DNA of 64,000 bases from Candidatus Cloacimonadales bacterium (lineage in GTDB: Bacteria; Cloacimonadota; Cloacimonadia; Cloacimonadales; JAFGVF01). The notes under the pieces are model-generated. The model saw nothing but the letters and a program-made list of their open reading frames with translations. It did no database searches and had not been told where the DNA came from. A program made the translations under genes and the position numbers. Of this stretch, positions 42,701-51,655 are shown piece by piece (position 1 is the first letter of the stretch; the number at the start of each line of letters is the position of its first letter). The stretch lies in the NCBI GenBank assembly GCA_963677495.2, contig CAXXOU010000004.1:224001-288000 (forward strand), in the 5' to 3' direction.

Positions 42701-43683
42701 ATGAGTATGTTCAAGGTGCTACGGAAGTAAGTAATGGTTTAAAGCTACTTATAAAAGAAGCAGATAATCAGCAAAGAACTGCCTTTCTACCTGTAAGTTA
42801 CTATTACCTCAACATGCTTACTGATCAGCAGTTAGATTTAGTGATTCCTATCTGTTCATTAGAAGGTGACTTCGATGTTAGTTTAGTCCTGGATGAGAAT
42901 CAGAATTGGTTAAATATAGCAAGCTTAGATAACTGCAATGTTGTTGAAGGAGAAAGGAGTGAGATAAATCTATCAGTTTCAAGTAATGGTTTAGAACCGG
43001 GAGAATATAATACAACTGTAGGGCTAATTTCAGATAACTTAAGTATTCATGGTTTGCAGATACCAATTATCCTTTATGTCTCCGACATACCACTTGATGA
43101 AATGTACAGTATAGCTCAAATGCCAAATATTGACTTCATCCATAATAGTGATACTAATATCACTGACTTCAATGGTTTTATCAAGCTCGAAGACTATTTC
43201 AGAGGGGCAATAATATCTTACAATATAGAACTCAATCCCTTTGCTACTTTTGTTCAGATTGAAGACGGTTTTGTAAGCTTTTCTGAAGACGTAGACCAGA
43301 ATTATAGTGTGTTAATAACTGCAAATTCAGAACAGACTTCTGCGTCTGGTCAGATTCTGATAAGAGCCTTCGAAGATGTAGATGATGAAGATAACGTACA
43401 AACACCTCAGACATTAGGCTTAACCAACTATCCAAATCCATTTAATCCAACTACAACGATCAGTTTCTCGTTAGAAAAGAAAAGCACTATTACATTAAGT
43501 ATCTACAATATTAAAGGGCAGTTGATCAACGAGTTAGCAGAAGATATGTATTCACAAGGCACACACACAATTGAGTGGGATGGTGCAGAAGAAAGGGGTA
43601 AAAGAGTTACTTCAGGTATCTACTTTATCAGGCTAAAAACTTCAGACTCAGAAGTAGTTAGGAAGGTTGCTTTGATAAAGTAG
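39733..43683 (+). CDS. Secreted C25 (gingipain-like) peptidase with accessory domains and FlgD/T9SS-type tail
   Basis: VLFGD, IAIGRI, FNYRG, VTCDTG, NLMGDP; APFWDDL domain; NYPNPFNP. Confidence 0.85.
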   Translation: MRLTYILFVLMLMMTQFLFAGDILVTNIENSVEVSYSGKDNKDLLLEVPNTGRVNCSWNITLPDGTIYKGMGNSHHHLMSTPAIYRDIRVVALNLFDMSDIESITLMINADNSTLGLNEKNDSNNISKSYNRIYKDNITNYTPQRNTMKDKILYYYPANVQDYVIELGNWKERTGFDVVYRPLNDVTNNTAWIQDSIQQEYDSDYPPSYVVLFGDVDGDYSIPTFWYDYATGSAEGDHPYTLLEGDDPIEDIAIGRISFSSTSELATIINKIIMYEGMQYVPLGWQNRVLLVSDTDESGITTLTTNQYVKEIMTEYNPDFEFIELIGTDPSVSLVTANLNMGISYFNYRGFLGMSGWDAYEAFDLLNGPRLPIVSTVTCDTGSFGNGLSRTEAFLRAGTPQLPAGAVASFGCSTADTHTCYNNLVDASFYEGLFVHDMTTIGEALTYAKNQLFTVYANSQPEMLDYNYQIFNLMGDPTTIALKGSPRQFNVDISSYGGGRTLPVTITGLDGQQYYYSVCSEAEGIIASGYSNEESLTLPVGADSATVKLLVLSDGYKPVEHVVSVGNGATFLFHNTVVAYGDIETDLLYPNIEASIDIECSANNLEYGIFQAEYELINNKGEIIHSGQTEFINNDIACHLNNYLSLPAFSKQQLTDRLLIRCSVECYGNPTFDAEIDVFTGSINISHRFDNTNGIEAILGETTRLVIDMGNPTPNDFTVDWLSSGNEGLQYINTNVIDADTCTQYYNFHCEASLEPNMVHYIPITLQATQYNGIQFSWTEYIEFPVIYRENTSYFDNTGQYSIYTSVMQNAPELINTEWVELNPQLGGAGINTGIVDEIREGDQTVTLDLPFAFSWYGEEFDTISICSNGWISMGETPQITYRNWRFPGPLGPANMIAPFWDDLITTDGGVFTYYDPTNERFIVEWDCKARFDDTIERFQMQMFTSGEVLFIYDDVTAVDDTYQYRHGSYFTTGFEGANSTQGFEYVFGNEYVQGATEVSNGLKLLIKEADNQQRTAFLPVSYYYLNMLTDQQLDLVIPICSLEGDFDVSLVLDENQNWLNIASLDNCNVVEGERSEINLSVSSNGLEPGEYNTTVGLISDNLSIHGLQIPIILYVSDIPLDEMYSIAQMPNIDFIHNSDTNITDFNGFIKLEDYFRGAIISYNIELNPFATFVQIEDGFVSFSEDVDQNYSVLITANSEQTSASGQILIRAFEDVDDEDNVQTPQTLGLTNYPNPFNPTTTISFSLEKKSTITLSIYNIKGQLINELAEDMYSQGTHTIEWDGAEERGKRVTSGIYFIRLKTSDSEVVRKVALIK

Positions 43684-43685
43684 TG

Positions 43686-45122
43686 TTATACTTTAACCCT
43701 TTTCCAACCACCACCCAAATATACAATAAAACTTAAGATAGAGATAAGGAGATTACTGACTACCATAGCCCAGAATAGGCTGTCATAGCTGTATGGTTTT
43801 ACTATATTTGAGAGTCTATCAAACAGATTGGGCATGAGGTTATATATCACAGGGAACTTCTCGTATATTTTACCTGCTAGAATATAGGTCAAAGGAATTC
43901 TGAAGAGCCAAAGTCTTGAGATGTTTAAAAGCATAGTCGGTCTTGTATACCCTGACCCGTTAAAGACTCCATTAAAGACAAAGACAAAGCTAAAGAGGAA
44001 TGTTGCCAATGATGTTATCTTAAACATCCTCGCACCATGTTTTATGACTTCAGGGTCATTTATGAATAGAGAAATAAGTTCACCACCAAAGAAGAAGATG
44101 ATGGAACAACCAAAAGTCATAATCACAACGATAGTACCTAACGCGTGTAAGACACTCTTCTCAGCTCGGTGAATCTTCCCTGCTCCCAAGTTTTGTCCAA
44201 CAATAGACGATAAAGCATTGCTTAAGCCCATTGATGGCATCATGAAAAAACCTGTGAGTCTATTTCCTAGGGAGAATACACTAATAACCAATGTACCGTA
44301 AGTATTAACGAAACCCTGTAGCAGCAAGAAGCCTAAACTGGTTATAGACTGAGATATCGATGCAGGGATGCTTATACTGATAATTGTCTTTAACAATTTT
44401 GGATTGGGGATAAAGTCTTTTGGGTGTGGAATCAGAATTGGTGCTTTCTTCTTTACATAATAAAAGGCTAAGCCTGCACCTAATACTCTGGAAAATACTG
44501 TTGCCCAAGCAGCTCCCATTATTCCGTATGCCGGTAAGAGTCCAAACCCGAATATGGCAATTGGATCTAAGACTATATTACACGAAACTGATATGAGTGA
44601 GATAACCATTGGAGTAATTGTGTCTCCTAAGCCATGTGAGAAACTCTGATAACTCATAAATATGAACATAAACGCCATCCCAATCATGACAATTTGGATA
44701 TAGCTTATAGCGTCAGCTCTAATCGCTTCGGGAACTTGCATTAACACAACAATATTATCAATAAATAGTAAAGCTACTATTAGAAAGACTAAAGTGAAGA
44801 GAGTAAGTAACAAAACAAACTGTCCGGTCACCAGTTTAATCTTCTCAGATTCATTAGCTCCTTTATACCGAGAAACAAGTGCAGTCCCGGCAACCATGAA
44901 TCCAAACCCGAACGCCATAATGGTGAAAACTATCGGGAAAGCTAATCCGACAACAGCAACTGCTTCCAAAGCATCCGTTGGCATTTTACCCAACCAAAAA
45001 GCGTCAGTCAGATTATAGATTGTCTGAATAAGGTTTGCTAGCATTATTGGGAGAGCAAGCTTAATCAGATTAGATAGTATGGGTCCGTTTGTTAGGTCTT
45101 TACCTTGGTTTTGTTCATTCAT
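43686..45122 (-). CDS. MATE efflux transporter
   Basis: LTNGPI..LALPIM, YNLTDAFWLG, LDPIAIFG, GQNLGAG. Confidence 0.93.
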   Translation of the reverse strand: MNEQNQGKDLTNGPILSNLIKLALPIMLANLIQTIYNLTDAFWLGKMPTDALEAVAVVGLAFPIVFTIMAFGFGFMVAGTALVSRYKGANESEKIKLVTGQFVLLLTLFTLVFLIVALLFIDNIVVLMQVPEAIRADAISYIQIVMIGMAFMFIFMSYQSFSHGLGDTITPMVISLISVSCNIVLDPIAIFGFGLLPAYGIMGAAWATVFSRVLGAGLAFYYVKKKAPILIPHPKDFIPNPKLLKTIISISIPASISQSITSLGFLLLQGFVNTYGTLVISVFSLGNRLTGFFMMPSMGLSNALSSIVGQNLGAGKIHRAEKSVLHALGTIVVIMTFGCSIIFFFGGELISLFINDPEVIKHGARMFKITSLATFLFSFVFVFNGVFNGSGYTRPTMLLNISRLWLFRIPLTYILAGKIYEKFPVIYNLMPNLFDRLSNIVKPYSYDSLFWAMVVSNLLISILSFIVYLGGGWKRVKV

Positions 45123-45260
45123 GCAGTCACTAAATTATCCTATCAGAACTTGACTATCTTTTTCTTTAACTCATTTAACTGAGTCTGACATTAGTCGCAT
45201 ACCCTATCACGGGTTTACCCGTTGTATATTGACATTATATGATTAAATAACAGGATTTGA

Positions 45261-45405
45261 AAAAGAATAAGGGAAGATGAACAAGCTATATGACCCGTTG
45301 AGTCCACAAACTCGTTAGCCATGTTTAGCCCATCTTCCACTTAGTCTGAACAGTACATTGGGCATTAAAGCCCGTATTTTACAATGATAGACTACTTGTT
45401 CTTTT
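45261..45405 (+). ncRNA. IS110 bridge RNA (target-binding and donor-binding loops)
   Basis: Outer stem 45261-45271/45395-45405, stems ggaagatg/catcttcc and tagtct/agacta, each with an inner hairpin; guide segments match target and donor junctions. Confidence 0.85.
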
Positions 45406-45426
45406 ATTTTTGTAAAGGAGAATATT

Positions 45427-46410
45427 ATGAAAAAGAAAGTGATTGGAGTAGATGTATCAATGGAGAAGCTAGATATAGTGATTTACGATGGGAATAAGCA
45501 CAAGCATTCGATAATTGATAATACTCCAAATGCCTTTGAAAGATTCTTAAAGCGATTTGCTTCCGGCTCTGTTCATATATTCATGGAAGCAACTGGTGTC
45601 TATCACATTCAGATTGCTGTTAAAGCTTATGAACTAGGTCATAATATCTATGTAGTTAATCCTCTTGTTATAAAGAGTTTTTCTGATGCTATGATGAGTA
45701 GAGCTAAGACGGATAAAGTAGATGCTAAGATGATTGCTGAATATGGATACAAATGTGATTATAGACCTTTTACTCCATCATCAAAAGCAAGATTAGAGTT
45801 GTTGGAACTATTAAGAGACTATAACTATTTAATAGAAATACAAACCAAGATAACCAATCGTATTCATGCATATAAGCATGGTTTACAAGTGTCTAAAGAT
45901 GCTCAAAAAGTTCATAAATCACTACTTAAAGAGATCAAGAAAAACATTTTCATGCTAAAGAAAGCCATCGAACAAATAGTAGTTAAAAGCTATCACAGGA
46001 TATATAATAAACTTATTGCAATCAAAGGTGTAGGAATTATGACTATTGCAACAGTTATTGCTTTTTATGAAGATTTCACAGATTTTGAGACATCAAAACA
46101 AGCTATTTCTTTTGCTGGTATGAATCCACATATTCGGCAATCGGGAAAAAGTCTTAGGGGACGCGGAAGTATAAGTCGAAAAGGTAGCCCAGAGATTAGG
46201 AGAATGCTATACTTAGCTGCGGGAGTAGCCAGGATACATAATCAGTATTTTCAAGAGTTTTACGTCAGATTAAGAAGTAGAGGTAAAAGTTATAAGCAAG
46301 CAATAGTAGCTGTGGCCAATAAGCTTCTACGCCAGATCTTTGCCGTTGTTAAGTATGACAGAGAATGGATACCTAATTATGCTTCATTAAAAGAACAACT
46401 TGGTGCATAA
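45427..46410 (+). CDS. IS110 DEDD recombinase/transposase
   Basis: IGVDVS, FMEATG, AKTDKVDA, IKGVG, QSGKS, AVANKL. Confidence 0.96.
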   Translation: MKKKVIGVDVSMEKLDIVIYDGNKHKHSIIDNTPNAFERFLKRFASGSVHIFMEATGVYHIQIAVKAYELGHNIYVVNPLVIKSFSDAMMSRAKTDKVDAKMIAEYGYKCDYRPFTPSSKARLELLELLRDYNYLIEIQTKITNRIHAYKHGLQVSKDAQKVHKSLLKEIKKNIFMLKKAIEQIVVKSYHRIYNKLIAIKGVGIMTIATVIAFYEDFTDFETSKQAISFAGMNPHIRQSGKSLRGRGSISRKGSPEIRRMLYLAAGVARIHNQYFQEFYVRLRSRGKSYKQAIVAVANKLLRQIFAVVKYDREWIPNYASLKEQLGA

Positions 46411-46812
46411 CAATCTGAATGTAATAGTATTGTGGACAAGTATCGTTCGGAGATAACTTATCCACAATCCATGCCTAATGGAGCTCTTCACTTAAGCTCC
46501 AATAGTCGTGGTGTGGAATGTGGGTAAGTTAAGATACTTGCCCATGATGCTATGGAATGTAGTCTGATTTAATATTGTTAAATTATAGAATATTTTATTG
46601 ACGTGAGATACAGTACATGGTAAATCCGTGGAAAGATATCAGTTTAGTACTACACATCTGTCCCGATTCTGTTTAAACTCAAACAATTCTGGAAAATAAT
46701 TGACTTATATGCTTAGTAAGAAATACTGACATCAAACGAAAAGATAGGTTTAGGTTTTTTAATGGTGATGAAAAGCAAGATTTTAATTCTCAGTTCTAGA
46801 AGGTTTAATAAA

Positions 46813-46850
46813 TAAAGAGCATTTGTCTACAGACAGATGCTTTTTTTATT
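46813..46850 (+). terminator. Terminator-like hairpin just upstream of nadC
   Basis: agagcatttgtc / gacagatgctttt followed by T run, abutting the RBS. Confidence 0.65.
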
Positions 46851-46860
46851 GGAGTGAAAT

Positions 46861-47682
46861 ATGAATATCAAAGAGCTTGTACAACTTAGTCTTGATGAAG
46901 ATATATTTACAGGTGATGTAAGTACTGATTACCTTGGGCTGGGTAAAAGTACTGCTACAGCTAAGTTTGTTGTAAAGAAATCCGGTGTAATTTCAGGTCT
47001 TGATGTAGCGAAAACTGCTTTTGAATGTGTAGATACAAATACTGACTTTATTGCTCATGTTTCGGATGGTTCCTTTGTTGAAAAGGGAACAGTTATTGCC
47101 TCAATTACCGGGTTGTCTTCATCACTTCTTAAAGCTGAAAGGGTCGCACTTAATTTTATTCAAAGAATGAGCGGTATCGCAACTTTAACTCATGAGTTTG
47201 TAACTGTTCTGGAGGGGACAGGTTGCAAGATTTTAGATACTAGAAAAACAACTCCTTTACTTCGAGAAGTTCAGAAGTATTCGGTGAGAATGGGTGGTGG
47301 ATTTAATCATCGCTTTGGACTCTATGATATGATTATGCTTAAAGAAAATCATATCCGTGCCGCAGGTTCTATTACAGAAGCTGTTAAACTTGTTAAATTG
47401 AGAAACACTTCCTACAAGATTGAAGTGGAAGTCACGAACTTACAGGAACTCGATGAAGCTGTTTTAGCAGGTGTAGACAGGGTTATGCTAGATAACATGT
47501 CATTAGAACAAATGCGAAAAGCAGTTGAACTGTATAAGGGAACTGTTGAACTGGAAGCATCAGGAAATGTAACTCTAAAAACTGTTAGAGAAATTGGCTT
47601 AACAGGTGTAGATTTTATCTCAAGTGGAGCACTAACTCACTCTTATACTTCACTTGATATCAGTATGTTATTTAATGAATAA
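46861..47682 (+). CDS. nadC: Quinolinate phosphoribosyltransferase
   Basis: ERVALN, DTRKTTP, NHRFGL, MLDNM, EASGN. Confidence 0.97.
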   Translation: MNIKELVQLSLDEDIFTGDVSTDYLGLGKSTATAKFVVKKSGVISGLDVAKTAFECVDTNTDFIAHVSDGSFVEKGTVIASITGLSSSLLKAERVALNFIQRMSGIATLTHEFVTVLEGTGCKILDTRKTTPLLREVQKYSVRMGGGFNHRFGLYDMIMLKENHIRAAGSITEAVKLVKLRNTSYKIEVEVTNLQELDEAVLAGVDRVMLDNMSLEQMRKAVELYKGTVELEASGNVTLKTVREIGLTGVDFISSGALTHSYTSLDISMLFNE

Positions 47683-47700
47683 GATATAAAGGGAGCAATC

Positions 47701-48414
47701 ATGAAGAAGCAAATGCTCACACTGGCGAGAATGCAAGCTTTCGATGACAAAATCGGTGATAAGCTGAAGCAGAAAGAGGTTTTACCAAAACAACTTGAAT
47801 CACTGGTATCTGCTGTAGAGGCTGCAGACAAAGAGATGACAGAAGCTAAAGAGATTCTTGACCAGACTCAGGTTGAACAAAAGAACAATGAATCCGCAAT
47901 CCAAGTTAACAAAGATCAGATTGCTAAGTACGCAGTACAACTTAACTCAATCAAGACCAATAAGGAGTACAAAGCTCTAAATAAAGAGATTGAGGGATTA
48001 ACTGCAAAGAATGGAAAGCTTGAAGAAGATATCCTTAAGCTCATGGATGATATTAAAGCTAAAAAAGCAATCTTGAAAGAAAAACAGGATGCTAAGAAAG
48101 CTGCAGAAGCTGAACTTCATTCTCAGGAAGAGGAACTTAAGAAGATGATTACTGCTGTTGATAAGGACATCGAGAAGTTTAAAAATGAGCGTAATACTCT
48201 TGCAAAAACACTTCCTGTCCCACTTACAAGAAGATACATCCTACTTCTTAAGAATAAAAAGAGAAAAGCTGTTGTTTATAATCAGAAGAACGCATGTTCA
48301 GGCTGTGGATATAAGATTCGTCCTCAGGTTCTCCTTGAGCTTGAAGATGAGAACAAACTTCACTATTGTGAAAACTGTTCAAGAATACTTATGAATAAAC
48401 CATCTGATATCTAA
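47701..48414 (+). CDS. Coiled-coil protein with C4 zinc ribbon (DUF164-type)
   Basis: KTNKEYKAL, CSGC...CENCSRIL. Confidence 0.88.
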   Translation: MKKQMLTLARMQAFDDKIGDKLKQKEVLPKQLESLVSAVEAADKEMTEAKEILDQTQVEQKNNESAIQVNKDQIAKYAVQLNSIKTNKEYKALNKEIEGLTAKNGKLEEDILKLMDDIKAKKAILKEKQDAKKAAEAELHSQEEELKKMITAVDKDIEKFKNERNTLAKTLPVPLTRRYILLLKNKKRKAVVYNQKNACSGCGYKIRPQVLLELEDENKLHYCENCSRILMNKPSDI

Positions 48415-48434
48415 ATCAGATTGATTCATACAAT

Positions 48435-48466
48435 TAAGCCCGAAGTTAGATTCGGGCTTTTTTATT
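48435..48466. terminator. Terminator between convergent genes
   Basis: aagcccgaa / ttcgggctt followed by T run. Confidence 0.8.
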
Positions 48467-48480
48467 TATAGTTAATATTT

Positions 48481-50232
48481 TTATTTTAAAAGTACCATCT
48501 TGTATGCTTCGCTGAAGCTACCATTCCTTACTCTTACAAAATATATACCTGATGGCATTGTTGAATTTTTCCTATCTTCTCCGGCCCAATCAATAGCACT
48601 AGGACCTGCTTTTAAACGTTTTCCATCAATCAAATTTGCTACTCTACGTCCTTTGATATCATAGATAGACATGTAAACAGGAGAAGTTTCATCTACAACA
48701 TTGAAACTGATTGTAGTTGATGGATTAAATGGGTTTGGATAGTTCTTCAGCCTTAGTTCTTTTGGTACTACATGTGCATCAGCAATTGAAAGAGGTTCCG
48801 GTGTCATATATCCGGCTTTAATCATCCAGTTGGCTTGCATATAACTCAGGTTCATCCACTGACTCCCAAAGCATGCCCAAGTTCCGTTATTGAAAACTTG
48901 TGGTCCCTGATCCTTCCACACGATCTTGCCTGTTTCATTATTAGTAACTCTATATCCCAAGAAATACTCAGCATCACTATTAATCAGGATTGGCACTTCA
49001 AGATTGTGAGTAAACCATGTATCAGCCTGTAGTACCTCTACATCCTGTTCATAAATAATACTTCCGGGAAGCATCTGCCCTGTAGTATATTCGTAAACAA
49101 ACATTGTTATATCACAACTATCTGTTGTTGTTGGAGCATAGAAAGAGATGTCGGTGAATATCTTTATATCTGTTTCGGGTATATCTTCAGGTAACACTCT
49201 CAATGCAACATTACAAGGATTGGCAGTGTTCAAACTGTGTATTTCATGCGGATCTGTGCAGACAGAGAACTCATAATGATTATCCATTTCAATTAAACTC
49301 AAATCAATATTCGTGTTATCACTATCAATTGTAACAACTTCGGAGGTAAAATGCATTCGATCTCTATAAGCAGTAACTGTATAAGTTCCGGTTGTAAGAC
49401 CGTTAAAGCTAAATAAGCCAGTAGAATCAAGAGTTGTTGTCATTGAAGTATTGCCCTCTAGTACAACTGTTGTACCAGATAAATCGATTCCCGGGCATAC
49501 AACTGAACCTGTAACTTGAAGATTAATATTCTCAAGTACTGCTTGAATAGTTATCTCTGCAGCTTGAACACAATCAGCTAAAGGTAATCCTGCATTTACA
49601 TGTGTGAATCCTGCAGCATAACAGCGATGTGGATCGTCCGGTGATGAATGCTGATCCTGATACCACATACCAAGATACGCCATAAACTCACAAAGATAAT
49701 TTCCCATATCACCATCCCAATCAATCCAGGCATTAATGGTTGTTAAACTGTTAACTGCTTCCATCATCTTTTCCATCGGTAATGTAGAATATCTGTTTGT
49801 TCCAACAGGGACTGTATCATCTGGAGGAGAAGGTGTTGGTTGGTATGGTGCAATATCGTCAGGAACCCAATAGTCATTATTTGTTGCAAGATGCTCAATT
49901 TCCCATGGCCCGGCACCGGCGCCAAAGCTAATTATTGCAACGGGATGTAATGTATCCGCAACTGCCCAAAAGTCTTCCCAAGTATCTTGATAATCTACTT
50001 CAAAGTCTCGCACATTTGGTGGTGGGAAGAATGAGTAGATATCATACCCTAGATTATTCCAGTTAGCTCCATTCCAGCCACTGGGATTTAGAGATGGATC
50101 GGTACTGAACTGCGATACCATTGATCCCGTAGGATCCCAATATCCAGTGACCATTACGTTCGGTAAACGGTCTTCAGAATACAATGCACTAAACATTAAA
50201 ATGCTTATAACAACGAATAAAATCCTTTTCAT
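48481..50232 (-). CDS. Secreted pyroglutamyl-peptidase I (C15)-like protein with FlgD/T9SS-type tail
   Basis: Signal peptide, VMVTGY, EIE, GNYLCEF, AGFTHV; NYPNPFNP. Confidence 0.78.
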   Translation of the reverse strand: MKRILFVVISILMFSALYSEDRLPNVMVTGYWDPTGSMVSQFSTDPSLNPSGWNGANWNNLGYDIYSFFPPPNVRDFEVDYQDTWEDFWAVADTLHPVAIISFGAGAGPWEIEHLATNNDYWVPDDIAPYQPTPSPPDDTVPVGTNRYSTLPMEKMMEAVNSLTTINAWIDWDGDMGNYLCEFMAYLGMWYQDQHSSPDDPHRCYAAGFTHVNAGLPLADCVQAAEITIQAVLENINLQVTGSVVCPGIDLSGTTVVLEGNTSMTTTLDSTGLFSFNGLTTGTYTVTAYRDRMHFTSEVVTIDSDNTNIDLSLIEMDNHYEFSVCTDPHEIHSLNTANPCNVALRVLPEDIPETDIKIFTDISFYAPTTTDSCDITMFVYEYTTGQMLPGSIIYEQDVEVLQADTWFTHNLEVPILINSDAEYFLGYRVTNNETGKIVWKDQGPQVFNNGTWACFGSQWMNLSYMQANWMIKAGYMTPEPLSIADAHVVPKELRLKNYPNPFNPSTTISFNVVDETSPVYMSIYDIKGRRVANLIDGKRLKAGPSAIDWAGEDRKNSTMPSGIYFVRVRNGSFSEAYKMVLLK

Positions 50233-50372
50233 AATAACTCCTGAGAGATTGCTTTAGTAAATGAACCAATATCTTTGTATTAAAGTCAAGAAGTAATTGA
50301 GATTATCACTTAGAGTAGAGCTGAAGCAGTCACCATTACGACTGAAAGGAGTTCGGGGAAATGCGACTGATG

Positions 50373-50623
50373 TGTCACCCTGAGCGCAGTGAATGTAGTG
50401 AACAAAATGAAAGGAGTCGAACCGACGACCAACGGAAGGAGCTCGTAAGCCGATAGGCGCACAACTATCGGGTCGCTCGGATAGCTTTAGTGGATTTCGA
50501 TAGTAATATTGACTTATCTTCATTGTTTTCCTATCGGAAAATTGCTCTTCTTTTGCTGGGAGACTAAAGTTAACGGAGAGTTCCTTCAGCTACATTCGTA
50601 TCCTCATTCCGTTCAGTATGACA
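50373..50623. repeat. Palindrome-bounded MITE/REP-like element, copy B
   Basis: Ends tgtcaccctgagcg ... cgttcagtatgaca; blocks shared with 5078-5302. Confidence 0.8.
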
Positions 50624-50650
50624 CTCATGGTTATCTGAATAATAATTATC

Positions 50651-50692
50651 TTGACTCAAAGATAGATATATAGTTTATTACCTATATACCTA
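50651..50692 (+). promoter_or_regulatory. Promoter with ArsR-type inverted-repeat operator
   Basis: TTGACT at 50651; tagatatatag / ctatataccta (10/11). Confidence 0.6.
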
Positions 50693-50705
50693 AGAAGGAG
50701 GTGTT

Positions 50706-50984
50706 GTGTTAAAGGATAATGTCTTTAAAGCCCTGTCAGATCCGAACAGAAGAAAGATTCTTCAACTACTTAAGAATCACGATAATCTGACAGTTGGTGA
50801 TATAGCGAAAGAGTTTTCGATTGCTCAACCTTCAGTAAGTGAGCATCTGAAATTATTAAAACATGCAAACCTTGTGTATTCAGAGAAGAAAGGGCAATAC
50901 GTACACTATTTCTTGAACACATCAGTGTTTGAGGATGTAGTTGCATACTTCATGGATATTATTAATACTAAAGCTACAGATTGA
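50706..50984 (+). CDS. sdpR: ArsR-family autorepressor (SdpR-like)
   Basis: FKALSDPNRRKIL, SEHLKLL, YFLNTSVFE; adjacent to sdpI. Confidence 0.85.
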   Translation: MLKDNVFKALSDPNRRKILQLLKNHDNLTVGDIAKEFSIAQPSVSEHLKLLKHANLVYSEKKGQYVHYFLNTSVFEDVVAYFMDIINTKATD

Positions 50985-50998
50985 GTGAAGGAGTATAA

Positions 50999-51655
50999 AT
51001 GAATAACATAAAGAAATATTTTCTCAGTATAACGGTAATAATACTACAGTTAGTTGTATCAGCCAGATTTATTATAACTATGGGATCAGGCGCATTGATT
51101 CCAACACACTGGAATATTAAAGGTGAAGTTGATGGTTGGATGCCTATTATGCAGGCAGCTCTAGTCTTTGTCGGAGCAAATCTACTTATATTCCTGCTAA
51201 TGCTATTCCTCCCCTACATATCCCCAAAGTATAGGAAGCAGGAAGAGAGATTTAAGAAGATTATTCCACAGTTCACAGGTATCATGAACTTCTTCTTTGG
51301 CTTAGTACATATTTATAGTATGTATCTTTCAAAGTATCCTCAGATTGGTCAAAAGGGCAACTACATGCTTGCTATTATCGGTATTATGTTTGTAGCTATA
51401 GGCAACCTTCTACCAAAAATTCCTCAAAACTATTTTGCAGGGATACGCACACCTTGGACTCTAAGCTCGGAAGAGAACTGGCGCAAAACCCATAGACTTG
51501 GTGGACGTAGCTTTGTATTTGGTGGTATTATAACTGCTAGTGCTTCTTTCTTCCCTAAAGATCCAACAGCTTCAATTGTTGCATTCGGTATCTTTATGGC
51601 ATGTGTGCTTATCCCATTAGGGTATTCATTCTACCTGTACAAGAGAGGTGACTAA
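50999..51655 (+). CDS. sdpI: SdpI-family immunity membrane protein
   Basis: IPTHWNIKGEVDG, GNLLPK, GIRTPWTL, WRKTHR. Confidence 0.9.
   Translation: MNNIKKYFLSITVIILQLVVSARFIITMGSGALIPTHWNIKGEVDGWMPIMQAALVFVGANLLIFLLMLFLPYISPKYRKQEERFKKIIPQFTGIMNFFFGLVHIYSMYLSKYPQIGQKGNYMLAIIGIMFVAIGNLLPKIPQNYFAGIRTPWTLSSEENWRKTHRLGGRSFVFGGIITASASFFPKDPTASIVAFGIFMACVLIPLGYSFYLYKRGD

Larger units (their letters stand above)
45223..46619 (+). mobile_element. Complete IS110-family element bounded by TG core dinucleotides
   Basis: TG at 45223-45224 and 46618-46619; in-silico removal restores the hairpin cacgggtttacc-cgtt-ggtaaatccgtg; junctions match the bridge RNA guides. Confidence 0.88.
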
